IMG/VR virus record: IMGVR_UViG_3300017764_000003
Span: 1-60,573 of that record
Reading direction: 5' to 3' (one strand)
Origin: a virus
Taxonomy: Duplodnaviria > Caudoviricetes
Length of the DNA stretch: 60,573 nucleotides
In this document: positions 9,278 through 19,700 of the stretch, piece by piece
Numbering within the stretch: position 1 is the first letter of the stretch
Layout of the letters: every line of letters starts with the position of its first letter
Position numbers and translations under genes: made by a program
The notes under the pieces: generated by a model
What the model was told of the DNA's origin: nothing
What the model saw: only the letters and a program-made list of their open reading frames with translations
Databases searched by the model: none

Positions 9278-9780
9278 AAGTAGTAGCTTTAAAAAACATG
9301 GATGATGCCATACTTGGTATAGATGCAATATCCGACAGATTAATTTATTCAGTAGAAACACTTCAAGATCTTTTAGTAAGAGACTTTAATATGACAGTTG
9401 GCGATGCTGTTGATCATATTTCCAATACACTTATAGTCCCTCCTGATGAGATGGAAGAAGACGAACTAGACTTGTACCCTATATTTTCTTTTCCTTTCAA
9501 TACAACGGATGAAAAGCAGCCCCTTAAAGAAAGAAATATTGAATTAAGAAACTATTCTATTTCAGATATAAAAGAAGCTTTCTTTAAAGTCTTCTGTGAA
9601 TACGAAACAAGCAAAGAGAATCAAATTTTATACAGCTCTGTAGCGTTAGATGCTTACAAAATTATACACAGGAACTATGTAAACTCTATAAAAAGTAAAG
9701 TAACTGAGATTCTTAAAGACAATCCTAATCATACGGATCTCTCTCTTGATTTAATTAATCTTATTAATAAATTAGACTAA
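9274..9780 (+). CDS. Hypothetical protein
   Basis: ORF; N-terminal DDAILG...LIYS motif recalls aquatic phage proteins. Confidence 0.65.
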   Translation: MKVVALKNMDDAILGIDAISDRLIYSVETLQDLLVRDFNMTVGDAVDHISNTLIVPPDEMEEDELDLYPIFSFPFNTTDEKQPLKERNIELRNYSISDIKEAFFKVFCEYETSKENQILYSSVALDAYKIIHRNYVNSIKSKVTEILKDNPNHTDLSLDLINLINKLD

Positions 9781-9781
9781 C

Positions 9782-10120
9782 ATGGTATCTAGTTCACAGC
9801 TACCTTTTCCTGAAGAAGAAGTAAGAGGTAGGCGTAGTATATCTTTATCTACATGGAAAGTTAGGGAGGATGTAACTCGTAAAGGTTCACGTAGAAAATC
9901 ATATAACAAAAAAGTTATTACTAACGTAGTAGTAATTGGTAACGACAAAAGAAAGATTTCAAAAAATAGTATATTTGTTTCTAAGGTTTATCAAAGGTTC
10001 TTTGGTAAAGACAAATGGAAATCTAAATTCGAAAAAAATTGTTTAGAAATTATTGATATTACATTTGACTCTTATCATGGAGAGTCTGTAGCACCTGAAG
10101 GAGATACTGTATTATTGTGA
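9782..10120 (+). CDS. Hypothetical basic protein
   Basis: ORF, tightly packed. Confidence 0.6.
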   Translation: MVSSSQLPFPEEEVRGRRSISLSTWKVREDVTRKGSRRKSYNKKVITNVVVIGNDKRKISKNSIFVSKVYQRFFGKDKWKSKFEKNCLEIIDITFDSYHGESVAPEGDTVLL

Positions 10121-10539
10121 GTTGGGCAAAAAAAAATAACAAACCTGTTAAGCATAAGTATAATGCACAAAAGACTGTAGTAGATGGGATTACATTTGAT
10201 TCTAAACTAGAGTCTTTTATGTATGGAAGGCTTAAGCAATTGAGTATTCCTTTTGACTTCCAATTTGAAGTAGAACTACAGCCTGCGTTTAGAGAGCCTA
10301 AAGGTACAGCCGTAAGAAGAATGTACATGAAAATAGATTTTGTTATCAGAGTAAATGGTGTAGCTTATTTTGTTGACACTAAAGGATTTGCTACCCCTGA
10401 TGCTAAGCTTAAGTATAAGATGCTTAAGTATATTATATTTAAGTCAGGAAGAAATGATGTAGTCCTATTCTGTAAAAATCAAAAAGAAGTAAATAGTTTT
10501 TGTAACAACATACTAAATGAATATGAAAAAGACACATGA
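10117..10539 (+). CDS. DUF1064-family putative endonuclease/resolvase
   Basis: KYNA.KTVVDGITFDSKLE...DF...VDTKG. Confidence 0.85.
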   Translation: MSWAKKNNKPVKHKYNAQKTVVDGITFDSKLESFMYGRLKQLSIPFDFQFEVELQPAFREPKGTAVRRMYMKIDFVIRVNGVAYFVDTKGFATPDAKLKYKMLKYIIFKSGRNDVVLFCKNQKEVNSFCNNILNEYEKDT

Positions 10540-10792
10540 AAAAGACAAGCCAAATGAATTCATATTGTTTCCAAACAATAACTATAAAGAAGGTGGATCA
10601 CTTCCTAAATGGATAGGTAAGATAATGCTTGAAGATGGAATTGTATTGAGAATGGCTGCTTGGGAAAACAAGCTAGCAGATGGAAGAATGTATTTAGGAG
10701 GAAAGGTTAATAAGTTTATGACTAAAGATCAGGTTAAGCAACAAGAATCTGAAAGTAAACAAGAAGAACCTGATATTGATTTACCTTTTTAA
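10517..10792 (+). CDS. Small OB-fold/SSB-like protein
   Basis: LFPN...P.W.GKI...AAW...YLGG; ends DIDLPF. Confidence 0.6.
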   Translation: MNMKKTHEKDKPNEFILFPNNNYKEGGSLPKWIGKIMLEDGIVLRMAAWENKLADGRMYLGGKVNKFMTKDQVKQQESESKQEEPDIDLPF

Positions 10793-11047
10793 AACTATAA
10801 AATGAAAGATTTTTTAATTGGTGCTGTATATGGATTTGGATTAACTCTATATATAGCTTTAGTAACTATATTTTTAATTATAATTAAATAACAATGACTG
10901 AGAGATTCCCTTGTGATGATGAACACAAACCAAAAAAAACATTAGTTGAAAAGATGAATGAAAAGTATGAGAAACTTTTTGGTAAGCTTTGTGACTGCGA
11001 AGTTTACGAAGCTTTTTGTAGATGTGATAATCAAAATAAATTTAAAT

Positions 11048-11233
11048 ATGAAGACAGAGAGAGAAATTAGAGATCATTACGAAGATCAAATGGCTAAAGC
11101 AGATAACATGATGGAAGCTGCTATGATTAAAGGAGAGATGAACCTTAAAATTAAAAAACTAAAAGAAGGTCAAGAAGTTGTTTCTGAAAAACCAAGCGAC
11201 TCTGACTATGAGTGCTTTGGATGTGGGGCTTAA
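11048..11233 (+). CDS. Small protein with C-terminal ECxxCG
   Basis: Start moved to 11048 (MKTERE); ends ECFGCGA. Confidence 0.6.
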   Translation: MKTEREIRDHYEDQMAKADNMMEAAMIKGEMNLKIKKLKEGQEVVSEKPSDSDYECFGCGA

Positions 11234-11343
11234 AAGATTTAAAGAGGTTTATTAAATACAAAAGATGTATTCACTCTTGGAAATTTTTTGACTCAGGGTT
11301 TAAGCAATGCAAACTCTGTGGTAAGATAGAAAAAAGCAGGTAG
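11221..11343 (+). CDS. 40-aa zinc-ribbon microprotein
   Basis: Read by hand: CIHSW...CKLCG; ends within the terminator. Confidence 0.5.
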   Translation: MWGLKDLKRFIKYKRCIHSWKFFDSGFKQCKLCGKIEKSR

Positions 11344-11359
11344 ATACACCTGCTTTTTT
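11330..11359. terminator. Bidirectional intrinsic terminator between the convergent arms
   Basis: AAAAAAGCAGGT-AGATAC-ACCTGCTTTTTT. Confidence 0.9.
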
Positions 11360-11368
11360 AATTTCGTA

Positions 11369-11393
11369 TACGCCTTGTTATGGCTTTTATTTT
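11369..11393 (-). repeat. 25-nt inverted copy of 55943-55967
   Basis: Minus strand AAAATAAAAGCCATAACAAGGCGTA vs plus strand AAAATAAAAGTCATAACAAGGCGTA (24/25). Confidence 0.85.
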
Positions 11394-11740
11394 AATTTCA
11401 TATATGCTAGTATAGATACAATTGAAGAAGCACAAGCGTGTCCAAATAAAATACCTATATCTGCAAAAGAAGATACTGTATTACCTAATATAAAATACAT
11501 AACAGCACCCATCCAAAAACCTAAACATAGAGGACAATGGAAAAGTTCTTTAAAGAATAGCGTTATATTTTCTTTAGTCGTACCCTTTTCACTTCCTTCA
11601 CTAATACTATTCTCTCTTTGTTCTGAACTTAAAAGAAATAATTTTCTAAATGGCTCAAACAATGTAGAACCTGTAACAATTATTGTAGCACCTGCTGATG
11701 CAATAAGATGAATTAATAACATTTCCATTTCCATTTCCAT
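11387..11740 (-). CDS. DUF1360-like membrane protein
   Basis: ELFHCPLCLGFW motif and hydrophobic segments. Confidence 0.75.
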   Translation of the reverse strand: MEMEMEMLLIHLIASAGATIIVTGSTLFEPFRKLFLLSSEQRENSISEGSEKGTTKENITLFFKELFHCPLCLGFWMGAVMYFILGNTVSSFADIGILFGHACASSIVSILAYMKLK

Positions 11741-11747
11741 TTTAGAT

Positions 11748-11930
11748 TTACTTTTTAGATTTTACAGACCACACCAAAGCTGCTATAGCCATCCCTAAAC
11801 CAATGATCTCTTCAGTAAAGCTTTCATCTATTACACCTTTTGTAACTAAAGCTCCTGCTGCTACAGTTAGACCATGCCTAACCATTCCAAATATTCTTTC
11901 CTTTTTCTTGTAATTTTTTTCTCTTAACAT
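11748..11930 (-). CDS. Putative small holin
   Basis: VRHGLT..AG.LV.KG...WS..SK, two hydrophobic segments. Confidence 0.65.
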   Translation of the reverse strand: MLREKNYKKKERIFGMVRHGLTVAAGALVTKGVIDESFTEEIIGLGMAIAALVWSVKSKK

Positions 11931-11939
11931 AACACAAAT

Positions 11940-12182
11940 TTAATCTTCATAATCATTACCTTTCTTAGGGTAGTCTTCTAACATCATTTCCATCCCCTTC
12001 ATAGATGCTTCATAAAGCTCATCTAAGATACTAATAGCTTCAGAACTATCCTCAACTACTATCTTATGTTCTCCAATATATCTTGTGCCTTCGTAGTCAC
12101 CATCACCTTTCTTGCACTTATCCATTGATATAATATACCCACCTTCAGCAGGCATCATCTTAATATTCTTTATTATATTCAT
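11940..12182 (-). CDS. Hypothetical protein
   Basis: ORF packed in the late operon. Confidence 0.6.
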   Translation of the reverse strand: MNIIKNIKMMPAEGGYIISMDKCKKGDGDYEGTRYIGEHKIVVEDSSEAISILDELYEASMKGMEMMLEDYPKKGNDYED

Positions 12183-12184
12183 AA

Positions 12185-12391
12185 TTAATTATTTAAAGTT
12201 AACATTTTTTTTAATTGAGAGACAGATTCTATTACAGTTATTGATTCACCTGTACTAAAATGTATTACAGATCCATCATCATCTCCATTTTTATTTAAGA
12301 AAGGTCTGTATTTAAGAATATAAGATGCATTAATCGTTAAATGATTATTCCTATTTCTTTTTTTATCTAGTATTGATACTCCTATAAACAT
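12185..12391 (-). CDS. FlbD-like small protein
   Basis: IN..YI...S.I.F..GE.I.V.ES...L pattern. Confidence 0.5.
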   Translation of the reverse strand: MFIGVSILDKKRNRNNHLTINASYILKYRPFLNKNGDDDGSVIHFSTGESITVIESVSQLKKMLTLNN

Positions 12392-12401
12392 AACTTAAAA
12401 C

Positions 12402-12426
12402 AAAGGAGAGAACCCAACTCTCCTTT
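12402..12426 (-). terminator. Intrinsic terminator hairpin
   Basis: AAAGGAGAG/CTCTCCTTT arms, T-rich tail on the minus strand. Confidence 0.6.
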
Positions 12427-12453
12427 ATTTAAACAAACAATAAACAATAATCA

Positions 12454-12522
12454 CTAACTATCTTGATTATCTTTTTCAGTCTTAGGTTTGACTGTTTTCT
12501 TTTTTTTCCCACACATACACAT
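12454..12522 (-). CDS. 22-aa MCMCGKKKK micropeptide
   Basis: Read by hand; CxCG plus Lys run. Confidence 0.45.
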   Translation of the reverse strand: MCMCGKKKKTVKPKTEKDNQDS

Positions 12523-12524
12523 AT

Positions 12525-12809
12525 CTACCACTTTACTTTATCTGCCCAATAAGCTGCTGACAACCTACCTTTCTTAATGTTCTTTGCGTGCCTTGCTTTA
12601 AAAGATTTTCTACGAGCTTTTTCTTTTGGTGTCTTAGGGCTTTTCCCTGCACCACTAACACCTTGCTGTCCAAATCTAATTGTTTTAATCTTGTCTCCAA
12701 CTTTAGCCACAACTACATGAGACTTAGTAGGATGACTAGGAGTTCTCTTTGGTTTATTAAAACCACTTAACTTTAACTTCTTTAATATTGATCTCCCTCT
12801 TTCTGACAT
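12525..12809 (-). CDS. Highly basic DUF6321-like protein
   Basis: PKRTPSHPTKSHVV...IRFGQQG...RRKSFKARH...SAAYWADKVKW. Confidence 0.75.
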   Translation of the reverse strand: MSERGRSILKKLKLSGFNKPKRTPSHPTKSHVVVAKVGDKIKTIRFGQQGVSGAGKSPKTPKEKARRKSFKARHAKNIKKGRLSAAYWADKVKW

Positions 12810-12814
12810 ACCTG

Positions 12815-13327
12815 TTATTTTATTTTTAAACCTTTGGAGCTTCCAAAGAAAAAATTAACTATGGTATTTCTTTCATTAATTAAAGCTCCTGTTATAGTAC
12901 CAATTACTCCTGTAATAACAGCAGCTACTTGACCTTCTACGTATACGACAACTGCAACCTGAATGGCTACCATTAATAACAAAATCCATAAATTTTCTTT
13001 TATTATTTTCATAGCAATAATATCTGCAGTTTCATTATCTGTATTTGCATACATACTTCTAGCTGATTCTATATCTTTATAATAAGAATCTAACTCTTTT
13101 AAATACGTATGTCTTTCTTCTATAAGTTCGTCAGCAACTTTAAACTCTCCTTTATCATTAGCAATACCAATAGCCCTGTCCACTAAATTATTTATTGGTG
13201 AAAAAGCAGGGACAGCAGTTGCAATAATATCGGTAGCACCATCAATTACTTCAGGTGCTACCGATGAAATTAAACTAAATAACTTTGAGTCTTTAAATAA
13301 TTTCTTATTTCTTTTTCCCTTTATCAT
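12815..13327 (-). CDS. Holin-like membrane protein
   Basis: DIESAR, two TM segments, FFFGSS terminus; adjacent to the endolysin. Confidence 0.65.
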   Translation of the reverse strand: MIKGKRNKKLFKDSKLFSLISSVAPEVIDGATDIIATAVPAFSPINNLVDRAIGIANDKGEFKVADELIEERHTYLKELDSYYKDIESARSMYANTDNETADIIAMKIIKENLWILLLMVAIQVAVVVYVEGQVAAVITGVIGTITGALINERNTIVNFFFGSSKGLKIK

Positions 13328-13880
13328 CTTTCACCTTCTTAGGTCTGCCTCTTTTAACAGGAGCGTTTACTTTAGCTATCTTTTTAAGTTTAGCTTTTTC
13401 AACTTTAGGCTTTTCAGCTTTAGGTCTTACAAGCATACCCTCAAAGAAAAGAAGATACTTATTATTTCTATATATAAGTGCTTGTTTTCTATTTGTTCCT
13501 TTTCTAAGTATAGAAACATGAACCCAATCAGGCTGCTCTTTATCTCCCTTCTCCCAAATCAATTGATCAAATTCCAAGTTGTCAAAGATGTGAAAAAATA
13601 TTTCTGCATTTGTTGACTTAATTCCATCTAAATCAATTGCAGCTCCATGGCGATGCTGTGATCTTGATGATCCACCTATGGCTCTATTAACTTCTATAGA
13701 CCTAAAGAAACTATTAACCTTAATAGGTTTGTCTCCCAACGCTTTTCTCAAAGGTTCAAATAATTCTTCAGCAAGATATTGCATATTACCAAACTGATTA
13801 TCATTAGGTGTATTGTCAATATCTACAGAAGTTCTAACTCCTTCAGCATATGATATATGTTTTGATATTCTTTTAGCCAT
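13305..13880 (-). CDS. Endolysin, peptidase M15 family, with Lys-rich C-terminal tail
   Basis: NSFFRS..VN.AIGGS..SQH..G.AID...WVH zinc-peptidase motifs; start moved to MAKRISKH. Confidence 0.88.
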   Translation of the reverse strand: MAKRISKHISYAEGVRTSVDIDNTPNDNQFGNMQYLAEELFEPLRKALGDKPIKVNSFFRSIEVNRAIGGSSRSQHRHGAAIDLDGIKSTNAEIFFHIFDNLEFDQLIWEKGDKEQPDWVHVSILRKGTNRKQALIYRNNKYLLFFEGMLVRPKAEKPKVEKAKLKKIAKVNAPVKRGRPKKVKDDKGKKK

Positions 13881-13881
13881 A

Positions 13882-14325
13882 CTATTTATTTTTGCTAGAC
13901 TTAGCAGGCACTCTATTATCATCTTCAACTAGATGTTCAAATACCAAATAGATATTATCAACACCTTTCATTTTAGATGTTCCCTTCTCTAAGTCTTTTA
14001 ATAAAATCTTAGTTAAATCTACGTCAATGTCCATAGATAAAATATCACCATACTCTTTTATGAATACAGCCATTTTAGTTTCTTCTACAGTCTTGACTCC
14101 ATCTTTATCACTCCCATGTTTTTCAACTAACTTAAGCCTAGCTTCTTCAATAAGCTTGTCTTTCTCTGTTAATTCTTTTTTATTAGCTGCTAGAGTAAAC
14201 CATACTCTAGGAGTAAAATTAGAATCTGCTTTACTTAATTCAGTTAAAGCACTTAATAAACCTTTTACATTGTCATTCGTCATTTTCATATTCGTCATTG
14301 TTTTATTTACGTTTTGATTTTTCAT
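13882..14325 (-). CDS. Conserved phage helical protein
   Basis: ORF; start uncertain. Confidence 0.65.
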   Translation of the reverse strand: MKNQNVNKTMTNMKMTNDNVKGLLSALTELSKADSNFTPRVWFTLAANKKELTEKDKLIEEARLKLVEKHGSDKDGVKTVEETKMAVFIKEYGDILSMDIDVDLTKILLKDLEKGTSKMKGVDNIYLVFEHLVEDDNRVPAKSSKNK

Positions 14326-14545
14326 ATAATTCTACTGCATCTTTCCACTTACAATATATAGTTAATCCTCCAATAACAACAGCCATAGTAAGACCTGTTA
14401 CTCTTAGTCCAATCTCTAATACTTCTAACATGGATAAGCTTGTTCCTAATAATGTAGGGAATAATCCTTTAACAATAGGCTGATCGCTTAGTTGTTGCAA
14501 AGAGTCTTTAATTAAATTTGCCATAGCTTTTTGTAGTTTACCCAT
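14303..14545 (-). CDS. Putative holin/membrane protein
   Basis: Hydrophobic segments, basic C-terminus. Confidence 0.55.
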   Translation of the reverse strand: MGKLQKAMANLIKDSLQQLSDQPIVKGLFPTLLGTSLSMLEVLEIGLRVTGLTMAVVIGGLTIYCKWKDAVELYEKSKRK

Positions 14546-14561
14546 AATGATACGGATTTAA

Positions 14562-14592
14562 CAAAGGTAATATTTATGTTTATGTTACGCAA
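14562..14592 (-). promoter_or_regulatory. Bacteroidota-type promoter of the lysis operon
   Basis: Minus strand TTG-N20-TACCTTTG in the intergenic gap. Confidence 0.6.
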
Positions 14593-14623
14593 CAATTTAT
14601 TATTTGTTTTTATTACGCACAAA

Positions 14624-14866
14624 TTACTTGTTTCTTTTTTTATCAATAGCCTTTTCTAGCTTGTTTATATGTATACGGTTATAATTTACATCGGTTTTTA
14701 TAACTTCAATATTATACTTTTTATGTATCTCTTGTAGAGCTTTAACTTTTTCGTTTAATGACTCTACCTCGTATTTGTTATGATACCATACCCCAAGTAA
14801 AGATCCTAGAAATACACATATCTTAACCACAATAGCTAAACTTATCTTTTGATCTGCAATACTCAT
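14624..14866 (-). CDS. TM plus coiled-coil protein
   Basis: N-terminal TM helix then coiled coil. Confidence 0.6.
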   Translation of the reverse strand: MSIADQKISLAIVVKICVFLGSLLGVWYHNKYEVESLNEKVKALQEIHKKYNIEVIKTDVNYNRIHINKLEKAIDKKRNK

Positions 14867-14868
14867 TA

Positions 14869-15096
14869 TTATTCAGTTATAGATCCTTTATAATAAACAC
14901 CTTCAAGAGTAGATCTTATCATAGAATTTTCTCCAAAATAAGATTTAATAATATTATCTAACGTCTCTTTAGATTCAGTTACATTATCATAAATAAAATC
15001 CATGTAGCTTATATCACCCTCTGTAGTTCCATACTTTGTATGAACTTCATCACCAACAATTTCTAAATCTGCTATAATTTTTTTAAAATCAATCAT
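14869..15096 (-). CDS. Hypothetical protein downstream of tail fibres
   Basis: ORF. Confidence 0.6.
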   Translation of the reverse strand: MIDFKKIIADLEIVGDEVHTKYGTTEGDISYMDFIYDNVTESKETLDNIIKSYFGENSMIRSTLEGVYYKGSITE

Positions 15097-15108
15097 AATT
15101 ATTTTTGT

Positions 15109-15372
15109 TTATTCGGTAAGATCTACATCAACAATTAATTTTTTTTCTGACTCTGTTAAAACTTCCATAATAAGTGAATGTCTTGGCTCACGCTCATCAA
15201 TAGGTAAGCACGATTTACTTTCATGCAAAAAAGCAGTATCAAAATCTGCCCACTTATCTGCAGAATATTTAAAATCATTAATGCCATTTCTAGATACAAG
15301 ATGTAAATGAATTTTCTCCTGCAATAAATTAAATCCTCCGTTATTGTCTTCTGTAAATAATATTGCTTTCAT
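15109..15372 (-). CDS. Hypothetical protein (possible fibre chaperone)
   Basis: ORF directly after the putative receptor-binding protein. Confidence 0.55.
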   Translation of the reverse strand: MKAILFTEDNNGGFNLLQEKIHLHLVSRNGINDFKYSADKWADFDTAFLHESKSCLPIDEREPRHSLIMEVLTESEKKLIVDVDLTE

Positions 15373-15373
15373 A

Positions 15374-16753
15374 TTAGTAAGTTTGATATTTAGTATTTAA
15401 CCAATCAGACATAGTTCCTACCTCTGTAGAGCTATGTGCAGAATAGTAAATCAATGCATTTCCATAGTGTACTATGTGTGTAGCATTTGCAAATATTCTA
15501 TCAAAATCAGTAAACTGTCTTCCAAAGTAAATGCTATATGTATCTTCTAATGAATTATTAATATACATTTTTACTTCCTGTGCAGTTCTATCAAAAGTAT
15601 ATGCAACAATTTCAACATCTGTTGTTGCTGTATAATCTAAAACAGCAGCAGTACCACCTGTTTTACTTCTAAATAAGTGTGAAGTTCCATTAAAATATAA
15701 TGCAGGGTAAGCAGATGAATTAGTACCTCTTAAAATATAAGATGTATTACTTGTATTAGTTCTTTTGTATACTAAGTAAATAGTGAAATCATCAGTAGTA
15801 CCTCTAGTTATATTTGTAGTAAAGTTTAAAGCATCATTTTGTGCTTGGAAGGAAGCATTACCATTACCAAGAATTGAAGTTTTATATAATGGCTGTAATG
15901 ATGCAGTAGTTTGATTTAATGTATTTTCATTACCACTTAGATCATCAACCTGCCTTACATTATCTCCATCAACTGCTACTGTACCACTTGCATCTGAATA
16001 AACACCTGAATCAGGATTAATATACAATTGTAAATTTGATGTAATTGGAGGCATTTCATAATCTAATATTCTTAGATGTGCTCTAAAGTTATTTATATCT
16101 CCTTTTGTAGATGATCCTGAAGAAGTAATTCCTGTTGGAACATTATTATCATTCTCATACCATACTCCTGTGCTAGATCCTGATCCATCATTAGTGTACC
16201 TAAACCTAGCGTAGTCAAAAGAATATCCACAACCTGATGAATATGCACTACAATTGCCTGAACCATTTTGTTTTTTAGATATAGATATAACTAGATTACT
16301 TGTTCCATCATAGCAAAAGTTAGTATCAAGCTCAATTGAATTCCAACCTGATGTATTTTCTAAAGATAAACTTCCATCATATACTGTTGCTTCGTCTGAT
16401 ATACCTGTTACACCTACAATCTCTTGATCAGGAAATGTTCCTACAAAATTTGCTGTACTATGAGAAGTACCTGTACAATGAGCGAACTTTATTACAACCT
16501 CACTATAAGTCCATGGAATAGAATCACTTAAAGCATTATAAAACTGTATTCCTGTTATCTGCCTTGTACCTCCCATCTCTGCAGAAGTATATATCTGTTG
16601 AGTATGACTATTTATATAGTAATTACTTAACGCAACATTACTGTCACTATTAGTCCCTGAAGATAAAATAGAAGTGGTAGAATTAGTGACATCAATACAG
16701 CCACTACCACCACCTGTGTCAACTTTTCTCATAAATCCAAATGGTATAATCAT
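15374..16753 (-). CDS. Receptor-binding/adhesin protein with LamG-like C-terminal domain
   Basis: MIIPFGFM N-terminus; QQIYTSAEM...F.YDGTSNLVI module; DLSGN.N...Q.....QP...L..KY pattern. Confidence 0.7.
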   Translation of the reverse strand: MIIPFGFMRKVDTGGGSGCIDVTNSTTSILSSGTNSDSNVALSNYYINSHTQQIYTSAEMGGTRQITGIQFYNALSDSIPWTYSEVVIKFAHCTGTSHSTANFVGTFPDQEIVGVTGISDEATVYDGSLSLENTSGWNSIELDTNFCYDGTSNLVISISKKQNGSGNCSAYSSGCGYSFDYARFRYTNDGSGSSTGVWYENDNNVPTGITSSGSSTKGDINNFRAHLRILDYEMPPITSNLQLYINPDSGVYSDASGTVAVDGDNVRQVDDLSGNENTLNQTTASLQPLYKTSILGNGNASFQAQNDALNFTTNITRGTTDDFTIYLVYKRTNTSNTSYILRGTNSSAYPALYFNGTSHLFRSKTGGTAAVLDYTATTDVEIVAYTFDRTAQEVKMYINNSLEDTYSIYFGRQFTDFDRIFANATHIVHYGNALIYYSAHSSTEVGTMSDWLNTKYQTY

Positions 16754-16756
16754 ATC

Positions 16757-19700
16757 TTAGTGTATTACTCCTGAATAAATTGCATCAAAGATTGAGCCGT
16801 TTCTAATTAATGTAACATAGTGTTTTTTATTTGCTCCGCCTGTAGAGAAATCAGGAACACCTGCATCTCCCCAATTAAATTGGTTACCCCATGCATTTAC
16901 GTTTCTGCTACCTGTTCCATCTTGTACAAAACATATAGCATATACAGCACCATCTTTAGCGTTTGTAGGGTTTGCTACTCCTGTAGTTGCTGATGTCATA
17001 GTCCATTGCTGTACGTTACCATCATCCATATCAAACGAAGCAGATGAACCTGAACCTGCATTATGCATTCCACTATTGTTATATATTTGACCATCAAGCT
17101 TTATGTTTTTAGTAGTATAAATTTCTCCACTAAATTTGTTTTGATCTGTACTTGTCTGTAATATTCCGTATTGATCAGTAACAGTAGCTCCACTCCCAAT
17201 ATCTGTATCCCCTATAAAGATTTGTGCTGATCTAGTTACAGAAACTCCTGCTGCTAATTTTATTTGCCTTGCAGAGATATTATAAACATTCTCTGCATCA
17301 TAGTTTACTTTTACATAACCTCTATATGAATTAATAACTTCTTCACTTACTGAATAAAAGCCTCCAACATTAGATGATATTGCAGTTGTTGTAGTACCTG
17401 ATCCCATTGCTGCTGTTGGAACTACTGAAGTCTTTAAAGTTGCAAACTCATTACCTGATGTAGGAGTACCATATGTAGCATTTAAAAGAAAAGCTTGAGA
17501 AGTAATGGTTGCTGCACTATAAGTTTTACTTGCTTGCAGCCCCATTGATGTTTCTTCAAGTATACTCTCGTCTAGTGTATCGGTAGTTGAGTTCCATTTA
17601 GTTAAAGATCCATCAGTATAACTTCCTACTTTAGCATATCCTGAAATAGCAGACCACTCAGCATTACCTGCTGCATCTGTTGATTTTAAAAATTGACCTG
17701 CTGTTCCTGCTGTATGATTAAGCTGAATCTGACCACCAAAGTAGTTCTTATCGTCTGTACCTTCTTGATAGATACCGTATTGAGTATGACTGCCTGATGG
17801 AACAATTGCACTAGGATCTATTTGTATTGCCGCATAAGTCCCATTATTAGCTAGTCCTCCTGATCCTGAAAATATAGGTTGTGTAGTTTGTATCCCATAA
17901 ACCTTATCAGGTGTTCCTCCAATATTTTGTTTAAATACTCCACCACCAACTATTCCTCCACTTACATTACTACCTGAATATGGATGTGCCATAATACCAT
18001 AGGTATTACGAATAGTTGATCCTCCTGTAGATGGATCACTTTTAGCATGAAAATATCCACCTATTGGATTTATAACTTCATCTTCAATTACAGCAGTACC
18101 AACAACACCCATTGCAGATGATCCAACACCTTCACTAACCGTATCTCCTACAGAACCTCTAATTCCTATAGAACCTAGTTGAGCACCTGCATCAGCATTA
18201 GCATCTATACCATAGTCAAATAAGTGATTTGCAGTTGCATTATCATTTTTTACATAAAGTCCTTTCTCTGTAGTTCCATTTATATTAACTGTTGTATTTG
18301 CTACACGAGCACCATCTACAGCTACACCACCTGTAAAAAGATGTTGACCATTTTCATCAATTTTGTATCTTTCTGTAGGTGTCGTTTCTCCAATAGCATT
18401 AGTATCAATAGTATAATAACATCCTTGTGCAGTTGAACTAAATGTTTCTGCAGCTCTAACTTCTATCAACGCACAAGTAGATACACCACCTACAGAATCA
18501 ATAGAACCTATTATTCTATGTGCAGATATTAAATCCCCATTTATTAAAGCTGAATGTGAAGCTATTGTACCTCTATACTTTGTACTTACAATTTCAGAAC
18601 CAACAGCAGCAGTACCATAAGTGCTAAGAAGCAAGTTAGAATCATTTCCTTGTCTTACATTCTTAATATAATTATTGTGAATCTCAGTATAATCACTATC
18701 ACTACTTGATACAGTTATCTTTGTACCATCCCAAGTAAAGTTAGTGTCACCTGTAGTTATTTCATCAGCATCTAATACAATTTTTGATGGCTCTGCAGCT
18801 TGTTGTACATTTATATTAAATGTACTTACCGAAGTAAATCCTACATAACCTCTTCTTGTGCCATCAGAATTATTCCAATTCATGTAATTACTACCACTTG
18901 TGTCCTGTCCAACAGTATTTACAAGAGCAACTTTACCATCTGAAGAACTTTCTACATTAAGTGAACCTTCAATTACAGCACTACCACCTACAGTTAATTT
19001 TTTAGTGGCAACAGGTGCTGTTCCTATACCTACATTTGTTCCATCATCTTGTATTATACTTTTATCTAATGTATTAGTAGTAGCATTCCATCTTGAAACA
19101 TAACCACTTTGATAACTTCCTACTTTAGCATAAGTTCCTAAATCAGTTATTTGAGACTCTGTAATACTCAAAGCACCTTCGTGTTGAGTTACAGAAGATT
19201 CTGTTATGTTTGCATTAGGAACATTTGCCCAAGTTACTGCTGAAGTTAAATCATTAGTCTCTGTAAATGATGTTAAGTAACCTGCTAAACTATGATCTCC
19301 CCAAGAATAAGCTGTATCCCATTGACCAACTTTAGTATCGGTAATAGTATTAGAACCCATGTCTATAAAATTACCATTAGCATCTAAAGTGCCACCTAGC
19401 TGTGGAGTAGTATCCTCAACTATATTGTCTATACCTGTAGAAGGTAGTGTTTCCCATGTAGCATTACCATCTGCATCAGATGTAAGAACTTTGCCTACGC
19501 CTAATGGAGAAGCACTACTATTTGTATATGTATATTTTAATTGTTCAGCATATGTTAAAACACCTGATGCATCTATATCAGCAATAACACCTGATGCATT
19601 CTCTATTTTTAATACTGTATCACTTGCAGCAGATATATGTAGTTTTGCATCTATTGTTGCAGGACTTCCTATTCCTATTCTAGAACCTGTGTTTTGTAAG

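Noticed and set aside
11369-11393. Integron attC site (CATAAC core)
   Set aside because: No matching complementary arm at suitable distance and no integrase in the genome
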